NCBI RefSeq assembly: GCF_004010195.1
Contig: NC_057755.1
Span: forward strand, 5,873,474-5,937,473
Reading direction: 5' to 3'
Origin: Chiloscyllium plagiosum
Lineage: Eukaryota
DNA length: 64,000 nucleotides
The notes below the pieces were generated by a model. That model made no database searches. It saw nothing but the letters and a program-made list of their open reading frames with translations, and was not told where the DNA came from. A program made the translations under genes and the position numbers. This document shows, in pieces, positions 12,585 to 25,416 of the stretch; position 1 is the first letter of the stretch, and each line of letters opens with the position of its first letter.

Positions 12585-13933
12585 GAACATAGAACATAAA
12601 ACAAAGAACATTACAGCGCAGTGCAGGCCCTTCGGCCGTCGATCTTGCGCCGCCCTGTCATACTAATCTGAAGCCTATCCCACCGACACTATTCCATGTC
12701 CGTCCATATGCCTGTCCAATGATGACTTAAATGCACTTAAAGTTGGCGAATCTACTACCGTCGCACGCAAAGCATTCCATACCCTTACTATTCTCTGAGT
12801 AAAGAAACTACCTCTCACATCTGTCTTATAGCTATCTCCCCTCACTTTTAACTTGTGTGCCCTCGTGTTTGCCGTTGCCATACTTGGAAAAAGGTTCTCC
12901 CTGTCCAGCCAATTTAACCCTCTGATTATCTTGTATGTCTCTATTAAGATACCTCTCAACCTTCTTCTCTCTGACGAGAATAGCCTCAAGGTCCTCAGAC
13001 CTTCCTCGTAAGACATTCCTTTCATACCAGGCAACATCCTAGTAAATCTCCTCTGCACCCTTTCCAAAGTTTCCACATCCTTCTTATAATGCAGTGTATT
13101 ATACTGTACACAATATTCTAAATGTGGCCGTACCAGAGCTTTGTGCAGCTGCAGCATATACTTCTGGTTCCGGAACTCTATCCTTCTATTAATAAAAGCC
13201 AAAACATTCCTTCTTAACAACCCTGTCAATCTGGGTGGCAACTTTCAAGGATCTTTGTACATGGACACCGAGATCTCTCTGCTCATCTGCAATCTCAAGA
13301 ATCTTACCATTAGCTCAGTACTTTGCATTCTGATTACTCCGTCCACAGTGTATCACCTCACACTTGTCCACATTAAACTCCAGTGGCCACCTCTCAGCCC
13401 AGCTCTGCATCCTATCTATGTCTCTCTGCAACCTACTACATCCTTCGTCACTATCCACAACTCCACCGACCTCAGTGCCATCCGCAAATGTACTAACCCA
13501 CCATTCTAAGCCCTCATTATTCTTCTCTAGATGGTTATAAATGCTATCTCTTCTAACCTTTTCCGCACTTTACCAACAACTGAAGTGAGACTCACTGGTC
13601 TGTAATTGCCAGGGTTGTCTCTACTATCCTTTTTGAACAAAGGAACCACATTTGCCATCCTCCAGTCCTCAGGCATTATTCCTGTAGAAAATATTGATTT
13701 GAAGATCAATGCCAAAGGCTCGGCAATCTCTTTCCTTGCTTCCCAGAGGATCCTAGGATAGATCCCATCCTGCTCATGGGACTTGTCTATTTTCACATTC
13801 TGCAGTATTTCTAATACCTCTTCCTTGTGAACCTCAATCTCTTCTTATCTAGATGCAAGTATCTCTGTGCCTTCCTCGCCAACATTTTCATTTTCTATAG
13901 TGAGCACGGTCGAAAAATATTTATTTAGTGCTT
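12585..13933 (-). mobile_element. CR1 LINE, 5'-truncated, with an internal deletion of the RT core
   Basis: (AGAACAT)n tail at 12585; ORFs 13527-13796 (PGNYRPVSLTSVVGK) and 12675-13241; the QHGF...KAFD...LGP region is absent. Confidence 0.92.
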
Positions 13934-14489
13934 ATTTAATGCTTGCAACATTCCAAACATTACACGACATCTTGTTCTGGTTTCCAGTATTATATAAAGA
14001 GTATAAATATTCAATATTTTTGTAACCCCTTTTCAATACATTTCTACATTTTTTTTTACCAAATTGGAGTAACAGTTCGACATACTGAGAAAATTACTGG
14101 GGCTGAGAGTGTGATAGACACTAGTTGCAGGGAGGTGATCTCACCAAAGTTTCAGCCAGATACTTGGTTGAACACCAGGCAGTTACGTCAGAGACTAATG
14201 ACTAAAGACAATCACTTGGCAATCATTCCATTGCACCCATCGAACGGTTTATTTTATGTAGGGTAGGAGTCTGTTGCTGGATGTACCACGTCAATATCCA
14301 CTGAGCAAAGCAGAATGATGCACTTTGTGGGAAGGAGGTTCTGCTTTTGTTGCGAATTGGCTGGACCATGACTGGGTGAATGTGGAATTTTGTTTCTAAA
14401 CCACAAACTTTTAAAGATTGTGCTGGTAGTAACATGATTGAATCGGCAACACTGTAAGTGTCATTTGTAGTGCATGATGTTTGTATACG

Positions 14490-14610
14490 GGGAGAATGCG
14501 GGCAAGTGGAGTTGTAATGCCCATCAGCCATGATTGAATGGCGGAGTGGACTCGATGGGCCAAATGGCCTTACTTACGCTCCTATGTCTTATGGTCTTAT
14601 GGTCTTATGG
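14490..14610 (+). mobile_element. very short CR1 3' end
   Basis: catcagccatgattgaatggcggagtggactcgatg matches the 3' UTR of the CR1 at 18073-19438; (TCTTATGG)n tail. Confidence 0.8.
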
Positions 14611-15660
14611 TGTAGCGTGATTATGCAGGAACGCAACTATAGCATTCTGGAAGAACTGATGGTAGTTTACTTCTGCACATCCTGGCTTCTGCACATTTCT
14701 TTCTCAATGAATCTGAGTAGTCAAGAATTTCCTTTGTCGTATCTGTACACAGTGTTTCTTTCACAGTGAATCTTGTTGCTCAGTATCAGTGTTCAAGGAA
14801 ATGCTCAGAGACAGTGAGCTGTGTGAATATCCATTGTGCCGAGTGCTTAGTGATTCGAATAAAAAGGAAAAGCAAACGTAATGATTAAAAAGTCACAATT
14901 ACACATCGAAACAGAAAACTCAACTGGCAGGTTATTACAGCTTAAACAAAAACAACATTCAAGGCCTTCACAACGAAGAAGGTTTATGGAATGTTGAAAA
15001 TGTGGAAGATTCAAAGTTGGCCGGTGGGTGGTGACATATAACAAGAGGAAAAACCCGGCACGGATTTTTTTTGAAGCGGTGCCAGAAATGGAAGTGAATT
15101 ATGGAAAAAACATTTGAATATTGCGTTATTTGTTGACAGATGCTTATAGCACAGGTCAAACCATTGCCTGAGTGAAATATTTTAATATTTCCATATTGTT
15201 ATGGATGCCATCAGTAACTGAACACATTCACATGAGGAAATAAACTTATTACTGAGAGAATCAAATGCGAAAATGCATTAGAAATTGGAAAACGTTTTGA
15301 AAAGAAACACAAAACAAAGACTCAGGCTTTTGGACAACAACAGCCTTTACAGATACTCAGTCTCAGTGAATTATTATTCGAGTGGCAATGCATTCATTTC
15401 TTGCACAACTAATTACAATCAATTTGAGTGATGAAGTGTTCTGTTTCTAATGCTGAAGACATATTCTTCTTTTCAGTTAATGCAGAAAGGAAAATGCCAC
15501 TAACTCTTTGCGCTTTTTGCATGATCTGTTGCATAAAATTGCAAATCGAGGTCAGATCTGTAGCTTATTTACATAGTTTAAATTTTGATTAATGTGTATT
15601 TTACACCATTGATTAACTCCTCTCTGAACTTAGTTTGTGTTAGAGCATACATGCAGGTGT

Positions 15661-15958
15661 GGGCGGCACGGTGGCACAGTGGTTAACACTGCTGCCTCAC
15701 AGCGCCAGAGACCTGGGTTCAATTCCTGACTCAGGTGACTGACAGTGTGGAGTTTGCACATTCTCCCCGTGTGGGCTTTCTCCGGGTGCTCCGGTTTCCT
15801 CCCACTGTCCAAAGATGTGTAGGTCAGGTGAATTGCCCATGCTAAATTGCCCGTAGTGTGAGGTAAATGTAGGGGAATGGGTGGGTTGCACTTCGGGGGG
15901 TCGGTGTGGACTTGTTGGGCCGAAGGGCCTGATTCACACTGTAAGTAATCGAATCTAA
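15661..15958 (+). mobile_element. full-length HE1/V-SINE-like tRNA-derived SINE
   Basis: A-box tggcacagtgg, B-box ggttcaattcc, V-domain ggagtttgcacattctccccgtg...ccggtttcctcccac, CR1-like 3' end and aatc repeat tail. Confidence 0.92.
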
Positions 15959-17374
15959 TTCAGAAGCTGTAGCATGAATCCAAGTTCTTGAAAGACAAAT
16001 GTTGGATAGTTTGAAGTCTTGTTTTCATAATGATAACTAACTTCAGAGTACGTGAATAAAGAGTGTGTGACATTTGTCACACAGAACACGATAAAATTAA
16101 CAGACACGAAAAGAGTAACGTGATGGATTTTCTCCTGTTTAGCACCTCTGGATCATGACTATTATTTCCAGTTCCCTGGTTCTGAAGGCGAGAGAGAATG
16201 TGGTTGACTCTTATAATATGCGTGAGAGTCAGAGCATTGAAAACCAAAATCAACAGCATTGGAAGAAGTGCTATAATTACAATGCCAATCCATTCATTCA
16301 CTTTCCAAATCACGATGTATAATAGTCGGAAATTATGGCGCAAAGCCATGGCACATTGTCAATAACAATTCCAGGAGCTAATACAAAATACAAAGCAATT
16401 GACTGCACACAGCAAACCACACTCACAATTAGTGTAACCAGACGTGACTTTCTGTTATTGCAATGTCTTGCTCTTAGCTTCTGGCAACAAATCGCTACAA
16501 ACCGATCAAATATGCAAACAGCTGTGAAGCAAACTGAGCAGTCCAGGGCTGCTAGGCGCAGAACAACTCTCAAGATACATGCAGGAGTGATGTACAAGAA
16601 AAGAACTGGGAAATAGAGATTATTGATTCGGTTCAGTTTGACATCAAGGATCACAAAGTAGATATGCTGCAGACATTCCCAACAAATAGTGAGTGATGCA
16701 TTTGGAAAGCCCACAACGGCCTCGATTCAGGATCACAGTTCCTAAAAAGTTAACTGGATGAAAAAAAGTACAGAAACGTACACTTCTTCATGACTGGAGT
16801 CAAAACGAAAACATCAGGTAGATGCATTTGGTAAACCGCACCAATTGCCTCAGATTAATATGTTAAATCATTAAAATGATACATAATGAAAAGGTACAAT
16901 GAACTTTTGACTCAAGTAAACCACAATTAAATAAGTACATGTTGTGAACAAATAGACAAACCGTAGAAATAAATAAATAAGGACCAAAATTCGAAAGGAA
17001 TGAAACATCTTCATGAAAATCTGTCATCCGACAGATTCAGCACAATGATTGTTAGATTCTTCATGCTTAACAGACTGTTATTGGACAAAAACAATTACGT
17101 ACAAATCGGAATAAGGACCCGTTAGGGATCTAGTACATGAGCAGTCACGACACTAAATATTTTTTGAGTTGGAACTGAGATGGCCGAATATTGGGGTTAG
17201 ATTCTTGGACTGGCCTGTCACTGACCGGACTTCCACTCTTTCTCATTTATGATGATCACAAAACTGTAGCCTCTCTTAATCAGTGACGGCGCATCAAGCA
17301 TTGGAATACATGAGGATCATCGTGGAACTCAGTGAATGCGGTACTTTTCCAGAAGAGTAATTTTGTAATTAGAA

Positions 17375-17897
17375 TATTGGATTGCAGCCCGCTTGAGTGG
17401 CACCACATCTACAAAACATACTCATTCCCAATCTGCTCAGTTACAACACTGTGTACAAACTCCAAGATTCTGTGCAAACATTCACCTAAGATTCACAGAC
17501 AGCACTTCCCACATCCACAAATACTTGCATCCAAAAGAGTAAGGGCAACTGATACATAGAAACACCACACATATCCAGTTCCCCTCGAAGGCACTCACTA
17601 TCTTGACATCGACAAATACTTTCTTCCAGAAAAGTAAGGGTAGCCAATACATAGAAATACCACACCCAGCCAGTTCCCCTCAAAGACACTCACCATCCCT
17701 TTGCTTTTGATTGGCGAAAAACCTGAAACTCCCAGCTGACCCCTCCCCCTCAGGGCAGTGTGGGTCACCCCACAGCAGATGAACTGATGCGTTTCAAGAA
17801 AGCAGCTCACCAACACCTTTTCAAGGGGCAGTTAGGGGCCGATAGTAAATGCTGGTCAGCCAGTGATGCTCGCATCCCACGCGTTAATGAAAAACAA
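17375..17897 (+). mobile_element. old non-LTR retrotransposon 3' end containing a 95-bp tandem duplication
   Basis: Homologous to 21890-22390; ends gcagctcaccaacaccttttcaagggg...taaatgctgg...catcccac. Confidence 0.6.
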
Positions 17898-18072
17898 ATG
17901 AGTATATTCAAATGAAAAATGTAAACATTTATACCTTCATTTTAGCGTATTTCAGCAAATAAAGACCAACCTTATTACTAATTCGTTAAATACCCACCCA
18001 AAGCATTTAATCATGTGATTGTGTGATAAGAGATTGACAGGCTTTATGAACGGCCCTGAATGATATAAGTCA

Positions 18073-19438
18073 ATAAGATCATAAGAAATAGGAGTGGAAG
18101 TAAGGCCATTCGGCACATCGAGTCCACTCCGCCATTCAATCATGGCTGATGGATATTTCAACACCACTTATCCGCATTCTCCCCATAGCCCTTAATTCCT
18201 TGTGACATCAAGAATTTATCAATCTCGGCCTTGGAGACATTTAGCGTCCCGCTCCTCCACTGCATTCTGCGGCAATGAATTCAAGAAGCCCACCACTCTC
18301 TGGCTGAAGAAATGTCTGCGCATATCTGTTCTTAATTTACCCCCTCTAATTCTAATGCTGTGTCCACGGGTCCTAGTCTCCTCAGCTAACGGAAACAATT
18401 TCCTAGCGTCCACTCTTTCCAAGCCATGTATTATCTTGTAAGTTTCTATTAGATTTCCCCTTAATCTTCTAAACTCCTCTGAATACAATCCCAGGATCCT
18501 CAGCTGTTCCTCGTATGTTAGACCTATCATTCCAGGGATCATCCGTGTGAATTGCCGCTGGACACGCTCCAGTGCCAGTATGTCCTTCCTGAGGTGTGGG
18601 GACCAAACCTGGACACAGCACTCCAAATAGGGCCTAACCAGAGCTTTATAAAGTCTCAGTAGCACAACGGTGCTTTTGTATTCCAACCCTCTTGAGATAA
18701 TTGACAACATTGCATTCGCTTTCTTAATCACGGACTCAACCTGCATGTTNNNNNNNNNNNNNNNNNNNNNNNNNNNNNNNNNNNNNNNNNNNNNNNNNNN
18801 NNNNNNNNNNNNNNNNNNNNNNNNNNNNNNNNNNNNNNNNNNNNNNNNNNNNNNNNNNNNNNNNNNNNNNNNNNNNNNNNNNNNNNNNNNNNNNNNNNNN
18901 NNNNNNNNNNNNNNNNNNNNNNNNNNNNNNNNNNNNNNNNNNNNNNNNNNNNNNNNNNNNNNNNNNNNNNNNNNNNNNNNNNNNNNNNNNNNNNNNNNNN
19001 NNNNNNNNNNNNNNNNNNNNNNNNNNNNNNNNNNNNNNNNNNNNNNNNNNNNNNNNNNNNNNNNNNNNNNNNNNNNNNNNNNNNNNNNNNNNNNNNNNNN
19101 NNNNNNNNNNNNNNNNNNNNNNNNNNNNNNNNNNNNNNNNNNNNNNNNNNNNNNNNNNNNNNNNNNNNNNNNNNNNNNNNNNNNNNNNNNNNNNNNNNNN
19201 NNNTTGAACAAGGGGGTTACAACAGTGATCTTCCAATCATCCGGGACTTTCCCTGACTCCAGTGACTTTTGAAAGATCTCAACCAACGCCTCCGCTATTT
19301 CCTCAGCCACCTCCCTCAGAACTCTAGGATGTAGCCCATCAGGGCCAGGAGATTTATCAATTTTAAGACCTTTTAGCTTTTCTAGCACTTTCTCTTTTGT
19401 AATGGCAACCATATTCAACTCAGCCCTCTAACTCCCTT
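18073..19438 (-). mobile_element. CR1 LINE, 5'-truncated, spanning an assembly gap
   Basis: KSPGPDGLHPRVLREVA...VPDDWK before the gap; LYKALVRPYLECCVQVWSP...TRGHS after it; ataagatcataag tail. Confidence 0.93.
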
Positions 19439-19946
19439 TGTGCATTGATCTCATAACCTTTCACTGGCACTCTTATCTGAATACTTGTGGCTTTTGCAAC
19501 GCGTGCTGTATATCACCATACTTCAATATTGCTAACGGATGCACCTGTAAATCAATATTCCTTCTGGCGTGGTGTCCGTCCCTGAGTTCAGATCTGGGAA
19601 TTTTCACCAAAGTAAATGTATTTGTGATGAATCTCAGATATCAAGCCAATGGATCTGGGATTCTTCAGTCAGCATAATCAAGTTCCCCTTCACCAAATAT
19701 TTATTATCGTCACTGCCCATGTATTAAGCTTTTGATGGCTTCCATTGATGAAAAAATATCTTATCCAGCTATTTCTGCATAAACATGATACCTGCATTTT
19801 TGGAACAGGACCCTTTGTGTCTGATCTTAATATGTTACCTTGGAAATTTTCTGTAAACAAAACTAGAAGTGCCCTAAAATTTAGCCTTATTCAATACTAC
19901 GTTAAATTCATTTCTCTATCAACTGAAAACCACTTTAAGCCATCTC

Positions 19947-20182
19947 TGTAGCGGTGGGCACGAGGTGAGCCAGTTGGTTTGCACTGAATCTGCGTTCCTT
20001 AAGTGTGGCTGTTAACTTGGTCCAATCAGCGAGCCGTGGCATCCAGGTGTAAACAGGTGTGTCAAAGGTGATGTTCTCCCCGAGCGCTGGCTCTGAGGAA
20101 ACCGCACCAGTTTCATGTAATGTGCACATGTAAATAAAGGGTGATGACGTGATAGGTTGCCGTCCTTTGTGGAGTTATTTCA
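19947..20182 (+). mobile_element. short solo LTR
   Basis: TGTAG...TTTCA termini, internal CCAAT (about 20021) and AATAAA (about 20133); flanks atctc/acctg are at best a decayed TSD. Confidence 0.55.
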
Positions 20183-20264
20183 ACCTGGTTCTACTTTCAG
20201 CCATGGGCAATCCCAACTGCGCTGAGGAGAAAGCAGGAGATTGGGGTTAAGACGTATGCAGACT

Positions 20265-21300
20265 CGTAGAAGCATAGAGAGGTATAGTACAGAAACAAAC
20301 TCTTCCGCCCAACTCGTCTATGCCGACTAAATATCCTAACCTAAGCTAGTCCCAGTTGCCAGCACTTGCCCGATATCGCTCTCAAACCTTCTTATTCATA
20401 TTTCCATTCAGATGCATGTTAAATGTTTCTGTTATATCAGGCTCTACAACTTGCTCTGGCAGCTCATTTCATGCATGCATCATTCTCCGTTTGAAAATGT
20501 TGTCCACAAGTTTCCTTTTAGATATTTCCCCCTTCACCCTATATCTATGCCCTCTACTTGGGGACATGTCTAACACAGTGAAAAAGCCTTAACGATGTAT
20601 CCTAACCATGCCTCTTATGGTTTTATTAACCATGAGGTTATGATGTCAGCCCGCAGCCCCCCGTGCTCAGGGAAAACAGACACAGCCTATTCAGCCTCTC
20701 CCTGTGGCTTGAATCTTCCAACCCTGGCAACATCCTTGTAAATGTTTTCGGAACACTTTCAAATTTCGCAACATCCTTCAAAACATGCAAGAAGCCAGAA
20801 TTTCACAAGTTCCAAATGTGACCTCACCGATGCCATGTACAGCGGCAGCATGACTTCGCAACTTCTATACTCAATGTCAATGTTCTGACCAATACAGAAA
20901 AACATACCAGACGCAATTTTCACTATGCTATGTCCCTGTGACTCTATTTTCAAAGAACTATGAATCTGAACTCCAATGTCTATTTGTTCAGGAACACTTC
21001 CCAGGACCTTACCATTAAGTGTCAATGTCCTGCATGATCTGCCTTTCGAAAATGCAACGCTGGACATTTGTCTAAATCAACCACCATCTGCCATTCTTCA
21101 GCCCATTCGATCGTCTGATCAAGATCACATTGTTTAATGAGGTAATTGTCTTCGCTATCCTATACACCTCCACGTCTGGTGTAATCTGCAAACTCAGTAA
21201 CTTCATATCCAAGTTTATATTTATAAACGACTAAAAGCATTGGACACGGCACTGATCCTCATAACGGACTAATGGTCACACGCCTCCAGTCTGAAAAGCA
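20265..21300 (-). mobile_element. CR1 3' fragment, decayed
   Basis: ORF 20759-21067 LNGKVLGSVPEQIDIGVQIHSSLK. Confidence 0.85.
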
Positions 21301-21454
21301 ATATGAACTTTGATCGAATGGCAGAGCATTTTGATGGGGCCTAATTCTGCTCACCTACCTTAGTTCTTTTTATCTTCTAGACAAATAGCATGTAACATTT
21401 TGTGATACAGAAGAGTCTGGTAATTGCCATTTCTAACAAATGAGATTCAAGACA

Positions 21455-22392
21455 TCACCCTTTGATATTCAACAACATGATAATCATGGAATCCTCCACT
21501 ATCAACATCCTGGAGAATACCATTGACCCAGACCTTCCCTGGATTAGCCATATAAATATTGTTGCCACAACAGTGTGTCAGAGGCTAGGAGCTCTGCAGC
21601 GAAAAACACACCTCCCGATTCTACAAATCTAATCCAACATCTACAACGTGCAAGTCATGAGTGTGTTGGAATGCGCCCCACCTTTCCTGGATAGATGCAA
21701 CTCCAGCAACACTCAAGAACGCAACACCATCCAGGACCATAGAAATGTCTGCAGGAGAGTCACACCAGACTCTAAAACCCAAGTTGTGTTTCTCTCTGCA
21801 TAGAAATAGCTGATATGTTGACGTCATCCCACATTTTCTTTGTTTATTGCAAATATCCAGCATCTACAATGGGTTGCCTTTCTTACAGCGTATATCAGCC
21901 CACTTGATTGCCACCACATTCACAAACCTTTAGTTTGTCCCCGTCCCTCGCTGTCGCTCAGTGACAACAGGGTGTACCATATCCAAGAAACATTGCAGCA
22001 GTTCACCAAATTTCCTCTGATAGCTATTTCACGTCCTCACAACCGCTCCTGTCCAGAAACAAAAGATGGATGGGAATGACACCTCTTGTAAGTTCCCTTC
22101 AAGAGAGTCAACTTGCTAGCTTGGAAACACATAACTGTTACTTCTGTGTTGCTGAGTTATTGGAAAGACATTTGTTCAGCTACACAGAAAGGAAAGATTT
22201 GGCGGGATGTGAGCCTAAAGCAGGCAATGGGAGTAGTTCTGTTTAGAAAACCTCATCAGCATGAACTAATTGGACCGAAGGGTCTGTTTGCATCCTCTCT
22301 GTCAATGCTCTTAAACCAATTGGCCTGCAGTGGTTTGAGAAGGCAGCTCCCTACCACCTTCTGATGTGTAACTCCACATGTGGAATAAATGA
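21455..22392 (+). mobile_element. old non-LTR retrotransposon 3' part with nested short repeats
   Basis: Decayed reading ...SNIYNVQVMSVLECAP...IDATPATLK; Penelope-type short repeat inserted at about 21755-21870. Confidence 0.6.
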
Positions 22393-23697
22393 CGATTCAG
22401 CTTGCTTTGTGTTGGAACTAAATACTCTGCAAAACATGCCTGAGCAAACCTGCTTCAGCAGACGGAGGAAACAATAATTAAAATGAACTACTGGTGAAAC
22501 TATTAGGATTTCATTGGTTGGAAATAACCAAAGCTAGGGAAAGTTTGTCAAATTTCAATAAATAGTTCAGGAGCAGAATTAAATAGGTTTCTACGAACAT
22601 AACTAGATTTAAAGATTTACCAATAATGCCAACAGCTGCAAGTATTGGGTAATGTATTCGTACTACCTGTCAGAGTACTGAGTAACTCATTCTGTCCCAG
22701 TCAGACGTGTCTGTTACTGTCGAGTCAATTATTCTGTCTGCTGAAAAACAATAATATCGCCAACACAATCCCATTTTATTTGTAGGATAAATGCCCAGTG
22801 AGTCAATAAATTTAGCCGAATGACTAATTACTTTAGTTGCATTAATCTGGATAAGCAGCAAATTAACCACGTACCTCTGAGGGTGATTACAATGTAGAAT
22901 CTATTTTGAAAAATGAAATGCCACTAGTTTCCTGAGAATTAGAGTTAGATTTTATTGTCATGTATACTCAAGAACAGAAGTATGTGAGAACAGTGAAAAG
23001 AATGTAATGTCTCTATTTCCAACATCATATGAGGCAGTTGGGTACACAATCTTAGGTACAAAGCTGAAAAGTAAAAAAAACAAAGTTAAAAGTTAAAGAA
23101 ATTACAGTCCTTCTTAGTGTTAATCGAAAAATAACGAAGTTACAAGATAAAACACTGGCTTTGAAATATTTTTGAAAGACAGAACAATGCACTTCAGTTT
23201 GCCACAAAGTTATTCCGTAACAGACTGAGTTGGAGCTTTTCCTTCCTTATTGCCAAAACAATGGGACGCGTTTTCCAACAAACGGCTGTGCCTTTATCTT
23301 TCTGACGCAAGAACAGAGCTCTGTATTTCTAAGAGGAGATTCCATTCAGGGTCACCCTCAGGAACACGGGACCATACTTATATTCTCACAGATATTTCCT
23401 GGCTAAAACTGTCTCATGTTACTTTCAGTAAGTGTAATTAGAGAGCGCTGTGAAGGCAGGTTGCCAAATGGATAGTGAAATAAGGTAACAAGTTAGTAAG
23501 GTCCAAGGTGGTTAAGATGCCAGGTACGTAAGGTGACAAATGTTCAGGGATTTGAACGACCAACAGGAATATGGGTGCCATCCCAACTGGGATGGCAGCA
23601 GAATATCAGCCGGACTACGAGTATGATGTCAATGGGGTAGTCTGCCAGTGTATGTGGGAGGCATTGAATGCCTGTTATAAAACTGAGGAAGGGCAGA

Positions 23698-23699
<2 letters not shown>

Positions 23700-23731
<32 letters not shown>

Positions 23732-23753
23732 TATGTGTGTGTGTGAGAGAGAG
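23700..23753. repeat. (TG)n(GA)n microsatellite
   Basis: Direct observation. Confidence 0.95.
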
Positions 23754-24333
23754 ATAAGTCAGGATGGGCTGATGGAATAGGACCTGCGAGTGGAAATGGA
23801 TTGTCGTTCTGGGGGATTTTGGCCTTGTCTGGTCTTGTGGCAAGAGGGAAATTGTTGTTCAAACAGTGGCAGAGAAATGGTATGAAATGGGGATTGTGCG
23901 GTTCTGATGTGAGGTCACGTCCAGTCAAGGATCTTTATAAAGGAGGACTCAAAGAACGTAGCAATAACGTTGAGGAATCCAGAAGAAGACGGAGCATGAT
24001 GGATAGTGAGAGAGTGAGAGAGATCAGGAGTTGGGAGGCTGGGTGAGGGGACTAAAGAGAGATGGTAAAGATAAATGAGACAGAATGTAGAATAATTCCA
24101 CATAAAACGAGGAGGAATTGATGTTGACATAAAAGATATAGTCTGATCAGAGACTGCTAACATAAAAAATCATCCAAAATCTTGAAATGATAATGAATTG
24201 AAATGTGGAAAAGGAAGATCAATAGGCAACAACCGTTTTGACAGGCAGAAAGACGGCATTAATGACCATTTCGTGAGGATGCATTTCAACAGACGTTGGA
24301 AAAGAGCATGATTCTGACGACTGACCACTAAGA

Positions 24334-24822
24334 TGAGAAATGCTGTTCCTCTTTTCTCAAAGATTGTCTTTTTCTCAAGGATAAAATATTCTTGATTCTT
24401 ATTCAAAGGGCTACAAAACGCTCACAGTGAGGCTGACAACATTGGGCTGAAGTCTCATATAGTCACATGCAAAAACTAAACAGAATAAAGGGTTTTGAGA
24501 GGTCTTTTTGTTCATGTGTAAACAGATTAGACTTCAGGACAAAGTGGTCATGTTTTAGACGTGGCCTGTATAATGAAAGGGCAGTGGTGAGCTTTCTAGC
24601 TGAGCAGTGCAGTCCAAAACTAGTTCGGGTTTCTGCAGTAAGCTGCATGGAAACTTTCTCTTTCTGCCCTTCTGCCGTCAAGCTGAAAGCATCTTTTCCC
24701 ATTTTAAATGCATTTTATGGGGTTTGCATATTGAGACTGTTGTGTATATTTGAAACAGTATAATTAAGTCTGGTTTGGACAGAGTGAGTTCTGCAGAATT
24801 TCTTTATTCTCTTCTTTGTGTT
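24334..24822 (+). mobile_element. truncated Gypsy LTR (same family as LTR 42244-42898)
   Basis: agacttcaggacaaagtggtcatgttttag...cctgtataatgaaaggg...tggaaact...agtataattaag aligns with the reverse complement of 42400-42730; cut off at its 3' side by a Penelope element. Confidence 0.75.
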
Positions 24823-25416
24823 TGTTGTGGTTCTGTTCGCCGAGCTGGAAGTTTTTGTTGCAAACGTTTTGTCCCCTGGCTAGGCAACCTCATCAGTGCT
24901 TAGGAGCCTCCTGCGAAGCGCTTCTTTGATGTTTCCTCCGGTGTTTATAGTGGTCTGTCCCTGCCGCTTCCGGTTGTCAGTTTCAGCTGTCCGGTGTAGT
25001 GGTTGGTATATTAGGTCCAGGTCGATGTGTTTGTTGATGGAGTTTGTGGATGAATGCCATGCCTCTAGGAATTCCCTGGCTGTTCTCTGTCTGGCTTGCC
25101 CTATGATAGTAGTGTTGTCCCAGTCGAATTCATGTTGCTTGTTGTCTGTGTGTGTGGCTACTAAGGATAGTCGGTCGTGTCGTTTCGTGGCTAGTTGATG
25201 TTCATGTATGCGGATTGTTAGCTGTCTTCCTGTTTGGCCTATATAGTGTTTTGTGCAGTCCTTCCATGGTATTTTGTACACTACATTAGTTTTGCTCATG
25301 TTGGGTATCGGGTCCTTCGTCCTGGTGAGTTGTTGTCTGAGCGTGGCTGTTGTTTTGTGTGCCGTTATGAGTCCTAGGGGTCGTAGTAGTACTATAAACA
25401 CGGAGGAAACATCAAA
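24823..25416 (-). mobile_element. Penelope-like element family A, GIY-YIG endonuclease and terminal repeat
   Basis: NVVYKIPWKDCTKHYIGQTGRQLTIRIHEH...WDNTTIIGQ...REFLEAWHS (GIY-YIG); 26-bp inverted copy of the terminal repeat at 25391-25416. Confidence 0.92.

Larger units (their letters stand above)
15552..22690 (-). pseudogene. GPCR copy 3: two-exon GPR139-like receptor, exon 1 22690..22621, exon 2 16753..15552, with a SINE in TM7
   Basis: Exon 1 MSYSVL*QVVRIHYPILAAVGII+G then gtaaat donor. cag acceptor at 16756-16754 in phase 1. Exon 2 (V)NFLGTVILNRGRCGLSKCITHYLLGMSAA, frameshift, YITPAC...IFDRFVAICCQKL...NVPWLC, frameshift, LLPMLLILVFNALTL...DPEVLNRRKSITLLFS...FQELGFMLQLL [SINE] TCMYALTQTKFREEL...KLQI* (TGA 15554-15552). 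Confidence 0.88.

Noticed and set aside
15661..15735. tRNA gene
   Set aside because: The A and B boxes belong to the tRNA-derived head of a SINE that continues into the V-domain and tail.
18219..19418. Long ORFs of 166-446 aa here and at 27852-28545 and 49159-50614
   Set aside because: Their length comes from reading through N gaps; the real parts are CR1 or Penelope fragments.
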